Part shown: positions 48,878 to 57,552 of the stretch, piece by piece
Numbering within the stretch: the stretch's first letter is position 1
How the letters are laid out: each line of letters opens with the position of its first letter
Virus record (IMG/VR): IMGVR_UViG_3300044995_000369
Coordinates: 1-64,000 of that record
Reading direction: 5' to 3' (one strand)
Length of the DNA stretch: 64,000 bases
Source: a virus
Notes under the pieces: model-generated
Database searches by the model: none
What the model was told of the DNA's origin: nothing
What the model saw: only the letters and a program-made list of their open reading frames with translations
Position numbers and translations under genes: made by a program

Positions 48878-49666
48878 TTAAGGAGTTATTTCAGAATCTC
48901 CTATGGAAGGAATGGTACCTCCGTTTAATGGAATCCACTCCATAGAAACTTTTTTGATTGGAGAGCCTTCTTTACCCAAATACCAGTCTTCCAATCTTAA
49001 GTATAGCCTTAGAGCCTTACCATACATTCCGGTTCTTTGATCTACTTCAGTTTTGCTATTTGATAGATCCACAAAAAACTTTTGGGCTCCAAGGTCGTAA
49101 AGGATCTCTTGCCTTGTCTGAAACCATTTATTTAAGGCTTCTTTTATTATCATTGATTCTTTAGATGTATGACCATAGCACTTGAACTCCAGTAGATACT
49201 CTTTTCTTTGAGCATAGAGTGGGAGTATTTTATCATTCACATTTATGTATAACCTAAGTCTTGGAGTAAGTTCCTTTCTTCCACCCCAAGGAACCCTTGT
49301 CAAAGAAGCCCCAGCATCTTTAATCACATCAAAGGTTATAACTCCAGGAAGGTTGTTCCATGGAGCATCTTTGTTATAACTTTGAAAATCTTCCCACTTT
49401 CTATTTATATCTGCTTCAAAAGGATATACTTCAATTGGGACTTTATAGTAGTATTGAGTTCCTGATAAGTTTTCTATAAAGTAACCCTTCAGTCTTGTTT
49501 CCCATTCTTCTTTTATTTTAGAAGCAAGCTCTTCCATGTACTTGACAATACCTATAGGCTTGCCGTTTGTTTGGAAATATAGTTCTGTAGATGCTTCATA
49601 TAATACATCTAGTGTAATTGGTTCTGGAACTGGCTTATTGAGGTAAATGATGTTTGGATATGGCAT
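48878..49666 (-). CDS. Putative tail terminator / neck protein (262 aa)
   Basis: Position immediately before the sheath gene. The pattern PGVITF...KELTPRLR...LEFKCYG...ALRLYLRLE fits tail-completion proteins. Confidence 0.5.
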   Translation of the reverse strand: MPYPNIIYLNKPVPEPITLDVLYEASTELYFQTNGKPIGIVKYMEELASKIKEEWETRLKGYFIENLSGTQYYYKVPIEVYPFEADINRKWEDFQSYNKDAPWNNLPGVITFDVIKDAGASLTRVPWGGRKELTPRLRLYINVNDKILPLYAQRKEYLLEFKCYGHTSKESMIIKEALNKWFQTRQEILYDLGAQKFFVDLSNSKTEVDQRTGMYGKALRLYLRLEDWYLGKEGSPIKKVSMEWIPLNGGTIPSIGDSEITP

Positions 49667-50175
49667 TAAAGCCTCCTGCTATCTTTGTAAGCCCAGCATA
49701 AATAGTACTTTTGTTTGTTGTCATCTACCCTGATATGTTCTACATGTTGAATCCTGAATGGAGTAGCAACATTAACTTTTGCATATTCTATGAATACATT
49801 TGGGTCATCTACTATTGGACAGTTTTCGTATTCTAGTATCACATCCTGTTCCTTTGGCCTTCTGCATTTTTCAAAGATATACAATCTTTGAACATTATCT
49901 ACTTGGCCAGGAAATCCTCCACTTGGGGGAGTTAATGCTCCTAAAGGACCCACTCCTCCCGTACCAATCGAAAGTACTTGATAAGAAGTTTTTACAGGGA
50001 TATCCCAATATTTCCACTTAGGGCCAGAAATAGCAACTCCAGCTTTGGGATCCCAAAACTTGCTGTATTCTCCTATTCTATACCATCTCAGAAGAACCCA
50101 GTGGCCCTGAGGTTTAGTAATAGAGTCTCCATACAAGACTCCTTTAATATCGCTAGTTAAAGTTATCCAGTTCAA
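49666..50175 (-). CDS. Putative head closure / head-tail joining protein (169 aa)
   Basis: GHWVLLR...YIFE...PKEQDVILE...FRIQHVEHIRVDD...YY pattern, located in the neck module. Confidence 0.5.
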   Translation of the reverse strand: MNWITLTSDIKGVLYGDSITKPQGHWVLLRWYRIGEYSKFWDPKAGVAISGPKWKYWDIPVKTSYQVLSIGTGGVGPLGALTPPSGGFPGQVDNVQRLYIFEKCRRPKEQDVILEYENCPIVDDPNVFIEYAKVNVATPFRIQHVEHIRVDDNKQKYYLCWAYKDSRRL

Positions 50176-51596
50176 AGTCTTCTCCTCACCGGAATACTCA
50201 TACTGGTGTCATACAAACTTTTTGTACCAGTAGAGATTGACATGGGGCCCTTATCTTGAACTCTTTCTTGTTTCGGCTTGTTCTTTTCTATACATTCTAG
50301 CAGTCTTTTAAGCGACTCTTTGCCAGGGCTTCCTGCAGTACCATTTTTTGAATTACCATCAGACAGTTCTCCGTATTCTATAGTAACTCCTGGCAATTGT
50401 CTCTTTCTAACAAACAAACTCGAATTACTTCCCATGCCTGTGCCCGGATTTGCTTCTGTTCCCGACGTGAGCATATCCAAAGCAGTAGAACAGCAAACAT
50501 ACCTAGAAAAGGATTCTATTTGATCTTGGGTAAGCTTAGTAAAGTCCAAATGAGGACTCATCTTGATGTAGTGCAGAGTATACATATGAATAAGTTTGGA
50601 ATATTCATAGTAGTCTTTTGCACTAAATTGTTCCATCCACAACCCAGCATTTGCCCTTGCGATATCTACTGTACACATCATAGGATCTAAAACTCCAAGA
50701 AAATGAAACCTCTCGAGTACATTTTTCTTGCTGGAGTCTAGGTTCCTTATCTTAAGTGGGTTTAAAACTAAAGTAAACTCATGGTTTGTTATATCAGAGG
50801 GCAAGCCAGATGTTTGTATGATTAATTGATTTTGAATCGCTGTTACTGTAATATCAACAGTTGTTTTAACAAAAGGGTTCATTGGATATGTCAAAACTTG
50901 ATATGTTAAAGTAGCTACACCAGCTGGATCGTCTATGTAAATATTTTCCGGCCAATAGATGGTAATTACTGAAAGGTCAGTAAGTCCTATGGAGTAGTTT
51001 TCAGGATCCGAACCTACTGGCTTAAGGATGCTAGATACTTCTACTGGAGAAGTAATTCCGCTACCAGGTATGAAAATAGTTCCAGATTCCCCATTAAGAA
51101 AAGCTTCCAGCTCTTCCGGAGGACATGGCGTATAAGGTAAGATATTCCCCTGAGGTCTGGTATCTGGTATTAAAACTGTTACATTATCGTTGACTGGAGC
51201 AGAAACTATATCATGTCTATCTAATATAGTTACTGGGTCTGGAGGAGGAGTTGTTACTGGTTTTAGACTTTCTTTTGTTCTAAAAGGGATGACTATGTTC
51301 GAAGCAAGCTCTTCATTTGTGCTAGATTTTATACCAGAAGGTCCAGAAACTATGACAATTTCATATGACCTATTCTGTAAAAATATTCCAGGAGATGGAG
51401 CAATTATAAGATTCTTTCCATCTACCTGTCTTGATATACTGAATGGGTTGTAGTCTGGTAGTAAAAAGAGAAATACAGTTGATTCTGTAACTGTCGCCAG
51501 GTTTAAATCTTGGTTGAATTCCAGTACAATAGAGCCATCCAAATATGCATTATTTGCGTCTGCATAAATGGATGTTTTAACTAAAGATAAAGCCAT
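50172..51596 (-). CDS. Ig-like (Big_5-type) domain protein with a putative C-terminal head-tail adaptor; likely start 51596 (track 51611)
   Basis: N-terminal SIVLEFNQDLN..TV...LIIAP...L..N.SY.I....GIKS..G/N..L......F.T is Big_5-like. The C-terminal helical part with RQLPGVTIEY resembles head-tail connector proteins. Confidence 0.55.
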   Translation of the reverse strand: MALSLVKTSIYADANNAYLDGSIVLEFNQDLNLATVTESTVFLFLLPDYNPFSISRQVDGKNLIIAPSPGIFLQNRSYEIVIVSGPSGIKSSTNEELASNIVIPFRTKESLKPVTTPPPDPVTILDRHDIVSAPVNDNVTVLIPDTRPQGNILPYTPCPPEELEAFLNGESGTIFIPGSGITSPVEVSSILKPVGSDPENYSIGLTDLSVITIYWPENIYIDDPAGVATLTYQVLTYPMNPFVKTTVDITVTAIQNQLIIQTSGLPSDITNHEFTLVLNPLKIRNLDSSKKNVLERFHFLGVLDPMMCTVDIARANAGLWMEQFSAKDYYEYSKLIHMYTLHYIKMSPHLDFTKLTQDQIESFSRYVCCSTALDMLTSGTEANPGTGMGSNSSLFVRKRQLPGVTIEYGELSDGNSKNGTAGSPGKESLKRLLECIEKNKPKQERVQDKGPMSISTGTKSLYDTSMSIPVRRRL

Positions 51597-51633
51597 ATAA
51601 CATGATAACATGTCATATAGCTTTTTCTTGTAT

Positions 51634-51659
51634 AGTCCTACAACTGCAGTTGTAGGACT
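51634..51659. repeat. Perfect 26-bp palindrome (AGTCCTACAACTG|CAGTTGTAGGACT)
   Basis: Exact inverted repeat with no spacer, in the intergenic region 51597-51703. Confidence 0.9.
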
Positions 51660-51703
51660 TTAGAGTTGGTAGCTTTTGTTGATCTGTCTATTATAAGGGT
51701 AGA

Positions 51704-52261
51704 TTATATGTACTTTTCTATAAGCTCAATATAATCTTCTCTTGCAGGGCCTGATTTTTCTTCAGCCAGCAAGTTTCTAAAGAAATCAGAACCCTTCTTC
51801 CCTTCCTTCTTTATAGCTTCGAGAGCTACCTTGAGACCGGATATTTCTTTCGAGAGTAGCTCATCGTATACAACCAATTCCTCAACCATAGCTGGTGAAT
51901 TAGTTTCTACTACTGGAACTGTAGTAATAGCTTTAATTTGCTCTTCTGAAAGGTCAGAAGTAAGCAAGATAATCCCACTTTCAATTGCTTTATGAATCGA
52001 CTCGTAAAGAGTAGGAACTGCATTTTCCGGAACGACTTTTCTAATTGAACTAAGATTTCCATCTTCGTCTGGAATTGCGGAAAGGGAAAATATGGAACCA
52101 AAACTCCAAAGATTCGTTCTGCCAGAAAGTATTACTTCTTTGCCAGAATACTTCTTTGCAAAATCTATCTTTTTTTCAGAACTTGTAGTTGCTTTTTCTT
52201 TTTTAGCAGAAGGTTCTGCAGCAGTAGCTTCTGTTTTTGTTTCTTTTGACTCTTGTGACAT
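51704..52261 (-). CDS. Hypothetical protein after the major capsid gene; likely start ATG 52261 (track 52273)
   Basis: ORF with SD GAGG before MSQESK and its own promoter. Confidence 0.7.
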   Translation of the reverse strand: MSQESKETKTEATAAEPSAKKEKATTSSEKKIDFAKKYSGKEVILSGRTNLWSFGSIFSLSAIPDEDGNLSSIRKVVPENAVPTLYESIHKAIESGIILLTSDLSEEQIKAITTVPVVETNSPAMVEELVVYDELLSKEISGLKVALEAIKKEGKKGSDFFRNLLAEEKSGPAREDYIELIEKYI

Positions 52262-52291
52262 AGTACCTCTCACTCAAAAACTAGATATGTA

Positions 52292-52320
52292 TTATTAACA
52301 TACCAAAACTACACCGTCAA
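52292..52320 (-). promoter_or_regulatory. Sigma70-like promoter immediately after the capsid terminator
   Basis: TTGACG-N17-TAATAA with an extended TG. Confidence 0.5.
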
Positions 52321-52321
52321 C

Positions 52322-52350
52322 AAAAAAAAGGCCCCTGAAAGGGGCCCTTT
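52322..52350 (-). terminator. Rho-independent terminator after the major capsid gene
   Basis: Minus strand AAAGGGCCCC-TTTCA-GGGGCC-TTTTTTTT. Confidence 0.9.
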
Positions 52351-52372
52351 ACCAGGATGCTCACTTTAACCA

Positions 52373-53821
52373 TTAAGGTACAATCGCACTAGTACCAGGT
52401 TCACTCAGAGCACCAACGTTGTAGTAAGCTTGGAAGTTTTTGTAGTTTTTATCAATTACCACGTCTTTGATAACATAAACACCGCGGCCTTGATTTAGAG
52501 GAATGGTCGCAAACTTTTCACGGAATGCCATGAAAGTAACCTCTTTTTCAATATCTTCCCATTCAAGAACACCAGGAGCCTGTTCTTGGAGAATAGCAAC
52601 TGGTTTCTTATTGGATACGAGATAAATGTTGGTAACGAATACATCCCTACCGCTTATTGTTACTCTCCTAATGGGGACCTGGGGAGTTACAACCACAGTC
52701 AATGAAGCACCAGGAAGCTGGGCTCTCATTGCCATGTATGCTTGGGTAGTATTAAGACCCGCAGAGTAAGGATCAACACCATTTACTCCTGTGGAACCAA
52801 CCACTTGACCCCAATTGAATATTGAACCAGGATTGCCAACATTGTCAGCACCATAGGTTCTCATTCTAATTGTCAATTCTTCTCCAAGAGGATGATTCCA
52901 ACCCGCATCAAATGGAGTAGATGGGAGTCTACCGACCATGTTTGCTGTTCCAAGAATTGTACGGAGCTCTGAATCACCAAACATTTCAAAGAGAACAAAC
53001 GGATGGATCATCATTACACCGATATCTTGGCCTCTCATTGAAGCATAGGACATAACTCTCAAGATATCTTCAAGAGTTACGGTACCATTATGAGCACCAT
53101 TGATTGCTCTACCTGAAGTAGTTACCTTGAAAACACTATTTGCAGGGTTTGAGTTATTGTACATAATCTTACCCATGCTGTTAACAAGGCGAATGACTTC
53201 TTCTTCTTTGCGATAGCGGAAGCCATCTGCAATAGAAGTAATTAGGAAGCCCAGGACTCCAAACTCGTCAGAGTTCATTAGATCCTTGTCTACTTCAACT
53301 TTCACACCATAAGTCTTAACATCAAACGCAATTTGGTTCGCATAGTCATTAAGACTTGGCTGTACTGTAGGATAGCTACCATAGCGGGGTACTTCTCCAA
53401 CCTTAGTCATACCAAATCCGCGAACCATTGCAATCATGGTTCTATTCAAGGTAGGACCTACCGGAATAGTAGTTGCAAGGTAGTTTGTAGCAATCAACTG
53501 CGGTTTAATGTAGTTCATCATGAATACTTCAACTGCAGTTGAGAAAATGCTACCAAACGTTCCTTCATTCAGCACGTTTTTGACCAAACCGCGAATTGTG
53601 GTATCTGGTCTAGTTTCACCGTTCAATGCTCTTAGAAGAGCATTAGCAGACTGTTCTAGATTGCTGATCACCTGATTCTTAGCGGCAACGTCAAGGTCTT
53701 TGAATTTGACCTTTGTACCGTCCTCAAGAGAAACTTCCATTGTTGCAAGTTCCTCTTTTACGGGAACTGTGGTTTCTTCCAATCTGAACCAGTTCTTTTC
53801 TCTGTTAATTATCCCTTTCAT
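52373..53821 (-). CDS. Major capsid protein (HK97 fold); likely start ATG 53821 (track TTG 53845)
   Basis: VGEVPRYGSYP...DVKTYGVKVEVDKDLMNSDEFGV...FRYRKEE, MMIHP and FREKFA are typical of HK97-fold capsids. Follows the protease and decoration genes and is followed by a strong terminator. SD AGGAG precedes ATG 53821. Confidence 0.85.
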   Translation of the reverse strand: MKGIINREKNWFRLEETTVPVKEELATMEVSLEDGTKVKFKDLDVAAKNQVISNLEQSANALLRALNGETRPDTTIRGLVKNVLNEGTFGSIFSTAVEVFMMNYIKPQLIATNYLATTIPVGPTLNRTMIAMVRGFGMTKVGEVPRYGSYPTVQPSLNDYANQIAFDVKTYGVKVEVDKDLMNSDEFGVLGFLITSIADGFRYRKEEEVIRLVNSMGKIMYNNSNPANSVFKVTTSGRAINGAHNGTVTLEDILRVMSYASMRGQDIGVMMIHPFVLFEMFGDSELRTILGTANMVGRLPSTPFDAGWNHPLGEELTIRMRTYGADNVGNPGSIFNWGQVVGSTGVNGVDPYSAGLNTTQAYMAMRAQLPGASLTVVVTPQVPIRRVTISGRDVFVTNIYLVSNKKPVAILQEQAPGVLEWEDIEKEVTFMAFREKFATIPLNQGRGVYVIKDVVIDKNYKNFQAYYNVGALSEPGTSAIVP

Positions 53822-53845
53822 TTTCCTACTCCTATACCCTGCCAA

Positions 53846-55057
53846 TTATTCAACCTCATAGCGGATCGTAGCCCAACCGTACCATCTAGCACTATCTGAT
53901 CCAATAATTAGATCTCTTAGTTGCTGAACGGTAAGGGTTGAATTTTCAATCTTTTTAGCAAGTGCCCAAATTGCATAATCAATACCACCGGTTTGATTAC
54001 TTGCAACCTCAATACCAGGATAGTGCATAGTTTCATTACCCATTGGCATTCTGACTGCAAAGTCAAAACCAGTGAGAGTAAACTTTGCACCAAGGGGAAC
54101 AGTGTCTACATAACCGGCAGCAGTAGTGATAATTGGATTTCCCCACTTGTCTACTCTAATTTTTGCACCAGTTACAAGAGATGCAGGACCATCAACTATA
54201 AGGGCTGCTTGATCCTTAGTAGCTGTGAATTGTACATGTCCAATTCCATCTGCTCCAATGTAATCACCATGTGTACTGACTGCACCAGCAGTCTGAATGC
54301 TACCAAAAGCAGAGTGATTTGTGCTAGCAATTACAAAGGGAATCCTATAGTAGCCCTCTTTCGCAACAGTTATAGCACCTATTTTACGTTGATACTGATA
54401 AGAGTTATTTCTTGTTTCTCTAATAGTATCTTCCATGCAGACGCCAGCAACTTTTGCTGTACTACCAGGAGCACCAAGGCCGTTTCTCAACGTAGCTGCC
54501 AAACCGCTAGCAATGTTGGTATCATTGATGTCCAATCCAGTTACTGGGTCGATAATCCCAAAAAGTGTGTCTAGAGTACCAAAGTACTCCTGAACATTAA
54601 CATCAGTACCATTTGCTTCAGCAAGGAAGCCTTGGATATCCTCGCTATAGCCCCAATAAGGACTATTGAAAGGAGACTTTTGAAGTGAACCGTCGGCTCT
54701 TTTGAAGGCAAAGAATTCACCAGCCAAGTCATTGGGTGGGTTATCTACAGTGTTCTTAACACCAAGCTTCTTTGGGTCATTTTGATATGACCAAGTAGTT
54801 CCATTGTAAATCCTTGCATCATAGGTCATGAGGATTTTACCTTGGCTAAATACAAAGCCCTCAAAATCATCACGATTACCTCTCCTGTATCTTACAGGAA
54901 GATTTCTGATGGGGCGATAGACACCACGAGTTCTAGACGCATTTTCGACCACATTGTAGCCGAAATACGGCTTGATGGTCAGGTCATTACGTCTGCGAAG
55001 CTCTGCTTGATCCCATGCCCCTGTTTCTTGAAACAGCAGTTCATTGTCTTGAGACAT
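53846..55057 (-). CDS. Putative capsid decoration / minor head protein (403 aa)
   Basis: Between scaffold and MCP with a strong SD (AGGAGG). Gly/Thr-rich, beta-type sequence. Confidence 0.55.
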   Translation of the reverse strand: MSQDNELLFQETGAWDQAELRRRNDLTIKPYFGYNVVENASRTRGVYRPIRNLPVRYRRGNRDDFEGFVFSQGKILMTYDARIYNGTTWSYQNDPKKLGVKNTVDNPPNDLAGEFFAFKRADGSLQKSPFNSPYWGYSEDIQGFLAEANGTDVNVQEYFGTLDTLFGIIDPVTGLDINDTNIASGLAATLRNGLGAPGSTAKVAGVCMEDTIRETRNNSYQYQRKIGAITVAKEGYYRIPFVIASTNHSAFGSIQTAGAVSTHGDYIGADGIGHVQFTATKDQAALIVDGPASLVTGAKIRVDKWGNPIITTAAGYVDTVPLGAKFTLTGFDFAVRMPMGNETMHYPGIEVASNQTGGIDYAIWALAKKIENSTLTVQQLRDLIIGSDSARWYGWATIRYEVE

Positions 55058-55082
55058 TGGTTTTCCTCCTAAATTCTACAGC

Positions 55083-55556
55083 TTACAGCTGACCGTTAAG
55101 TGTTTTGGCAAGATTGGTAACTATAACCTTTTTCTTGCCAGCCCCATCTTTAGATTTATTATTGGCTTCCAACTGAGCCGCATTTGATACAGCTTCAGTT
55201 GAAGTAGCAGCCTCTCTAACAGAGTTAGTCTCTGTTTGAGTAGCAGCTTTTTCTTGAGCAGTAGTCTCTGTCGACGTAGATTCTACATTTTCAGAAACCT
55301 GCTTGTTAGCTTCTAACTTTTCTAAGATGGCTTTGTTTTGCTCGACTAAAGCTTTAACAACAGCAAGTAAATCTTGAATTTGCTCCTTAGCCGGATCGTT
55401 TTCCTTCGGCGAAGTAGACACAGAATTAGCTTCAGTAGTTTGGTTATTAGTAGTAGAGTTACCTGCTTTCAACGAAGCAGCAACTTCGCCAAATACCTTG
55501 TTTTGTTCAGCCATTTGGGCTGAAAGAGAATTTAAAACTTCCAAAAGTTTCTCCAT
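55083..55556 (-). CDS. Nested in-frame scaffold protein (157 aa, from Met418 of the protease)
   Basis: Internal SD (CAGGAAGGA) before ATG 55556 and internal promoter TGATACAAT at 55591-55599. The downstream sequence is coiled-coil/low-complexity. Confidence 0.6.
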   Translation of the reverse strand: MEKLLEVLNSLSAQMAEQNKVFGEVAASLKAGNSTTNNQTTEANSVSTSPKENDPAKEQIQDLLAVVKALVEQNKAILEKLEANKQVSENVESTSTETTAQEKAATQTETNSVREAATSTEAVSNAAQLEANNKSKDGAGKKKVIVTNLAKTLNGQL

Positions 55557-56807
55557 ATCAGGTCCTTCCTGTATTGCAGATTCTTGATTAATTGTATCAC
55601 ATATATTTTGATTTTCGACATTTTGAGATGAACTATTTTCTTCCTCAAATGCCTCAGTAATCTTATTACAGATTCCTACAAGTTTTGTATCACCTTGACT
55701 TGCTGCCCTTTGTTTTGCAGCTTTAACACCACTCAGCATTGCCTTTCCAGAAGAGTTGATAAATGGGTACTTAAGTTGCCCATCCTCTACTTTTAGAAAG
55801 CCGTCTTTCCAGGTTTTGGCATTAGCGGCATCAAGAGCCTCAAAACGTGCAGTTTGACTAGAAGGAGCATTCCATTTACCATCCCTATTGGGGTTCTTTC
55901 TAATCAATTCTATGACAGAAGAAGTATTGTTATTATAAACTTCTCCTTCTTCTGGAACCTTGTATTTTTTTCTCCAATCTTCTATTTTAGAATTTTCCTC
56001 AGTAGAGGAAGATGTTTCCGGAGATTCTGAGTGCTGAGATTTATCGAAATTGACAACTTCTTGTATCTTTTTATTGTAAAAAGTTACCGCCCTGAACTCG
56101 GGGATTGGTTGTCTTATAGAGTTTTGCTCCATAGCAACAACTCTAGCATTTCTATAAGCCGGTACCAAAACAAAGGATAACTCTGCAGCATAGTTCGGTA
56201 TAACTGTAAAAACAACCCTCCTCTCTTTACCATTTTTATCTTTTATGACTTGTCCTGGATAATGAGGACAATCTTCTGATGTACCATCTGAACCACATTC
56301 CTCGCAAATGTAGCCTTTTGGCATGTAGCTAATTGATTGAGTGTAGTCAATCATATCTTGGATTCTTTCAATGGACTCTTTATTTACTATCATTTGCCCA
56401 GCAAATATGCTTGGGACTTTAAAAATACCTTCCGCTACTGCTACGCTTAAAACCCTACCAGCAACTTCTGGTTTTCCACTGAATGAACTGAGAGGTTCTA
56501 GACCATCATTATGGTTATAGATAACAGGTATGGGTTGAGGCGAAGTGAAAGTTTTCAGAAACCTCTTGGCTTCGGAATCGTAGTTTACTCTTTTGTAATT
56601 CTCACTTGGTAAATCAAAAGGCATCACTTCGGAGGCGATATACAGAGCACCAGCCTTGTTCATGTATTTTTTAGCATCATTAATGACTTTTTGATATATG
56701 GGAGGTGCTTTAATGGCACCTTCATCCGCTGCATTTGAATCAAACTTAATTATGGGAACTGAAACCAGCTCTTTATCAGTTTTAAGACTTTCTTTAATAG
56801 CATCCAT
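55083..56807 (-). CDS. Prohead maturation protease with a C-terminal scaffold region (574 aa)
   Basis: PVIYNHND (His), QSISY (Ser), CEECG...CPHYPG zinc ribbon, ELSFVLVPA..NA. Low-complexity coiled-coil C-terminus. Confidence 0.85.
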   Translation of the reverse strand: MDAIKESLKTDKELVSVPIIKFDSNAADEGAIKAPPIYQKVINDAKKYMNKAGALYIASEVMPFDLPSENYKRVNYDSEAKRFLKTFTSPQPIPVIYNHNDGLEPLSSFSGKPEVAGRVLSVAVAEGIFKVPSIFAGQMIVNKESIERIQDMIDYTQSISYMPKGYICEECGSDGTSEDCPHYPGQVIKDKNGKERRVVFTVIPNYAAELSFVLVPAYRNARVVAMEQNSIRQPIPEFRAVTFYNKKIQEVVNFDKSQHSESPETSSSTEENSKIEDWRKKYKVPEEGEVYNNNTSSVIELIRKNPNRDGKWNAPSSQTARFEALDAANAKTWKDGFLKVEDGQLKYPFINSSGKAMLSGVKAAKQRAASQGDTKLVGICNKITEAFEEENSSSQNVENQNICDTINQESAIQEGPDMEKLLEVLNSLSAQMAEQNKVFGEVAASLKAGNSTTNNQTTEANSVSTSPKENDPAKEQIQDLLAVVKALVEQNKAILEKLEANKQVSENVESTSTETTAQEKAATQTETNSVREAATSTEAVSNAAQLEANNKSKDGAGKKKVIVTNLAKTLNGQL

Positions 56808-56814
56808 AGTGATA

Positions 56815-56823
56815 ATTTTACCA
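56815..56823 (-). promoter_or_regulatory. Extended -10 promoter (TGGTAAAAT) giving a near-leaderless protease transcript
   Basis: 7 nt between the -10 and ATG 56807, with no SD in the 23-bp gap. Confidence 0.55.
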
Positions 56824-56830
56824 TATAATT

Positions 56831-57544
56831 TTATTTGTTTCTGCCTGTTCCCTCACTTCTAGGACCCATAAAGCTAACGAGAGAAAGATATATTACAGAG
56901 CATGCTGTAGGAACGCTGTATTTATCTGCATAGTCATACAGCATTGATGTCATATCTGAGATTTCTTTTGCTCCCCAGGTGAAGTAGAAGGTAGATAATA
57001 GTAAGTGGGTAAATTCTTTACTAAACCTCAACTTTTGAAACTTGTCTTCTCTACTTTTAAATCCACATACATAAGTATTTATAAACTCATACAGAGTATT
57101 ATTCCAATTCATTGCCCCATCTTCTTTAGACTTTTCGAGTATACTGACTATTTCGTCTTTGTACTCTTTTCCATATCTATACTCCAGGACTCTGCAAGAC
57201 TTATGGTATATTTTTTTACCCAACCACCCCAACCCAACATGATGTTGAGCATACAACTCCAGACAAGAAAGGATCCATTCATAAGTCGGAATGGGAAATA
57301 GTCTGGAACTATCATATATAAAGTTATCTTTTTGAGTAGGTACTAAGATAGCTAGCTTTTTGTTGTATCTCCTACCTATTTTACACATGTAATTGTTGAC
57401 CGTGCTCTGGACTGTCTTTTCTCCTCTGGGAATCTGGTTTGGTCCCTTAAGAATTATATTTACTATACATTCTCCTACTCCAAATGGAAGAAATGAAGGT
57501 TCTTCCCTCGTCGCTTCTTCGAATTTGCTAAGCATTTCTTGCAT
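56831..57544 (-). CDS. Hypothetical protein between portal and protease (237 aa)
   Basis: ORF with SD GGAG. No motif recognised. Confidence 0.65.
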   Translation of the reverse strand: MQEMLSKFEEATREEPSFLPFGVGECIVNIILKGPNQIPRGEKTVQSTVNNYMCKIGRRYNKKLAILVPTQKDNFIYDSSRLFPIPTYEWILSCLELYAQHHVGLGWLGKKIYHKSCRVLEYRYGKEYKDEIVSILEKSKEDGAMNWNNTLYEFINTYVCGFKSREDKFQKLRFSKEFTHLLLSTFYFTWGAKEISDMTSMLYDYADKYSVPTACSVIYLSLVSFMGPRSEGTGRNK

Positions 57545-57552
57545 AGGACTCC

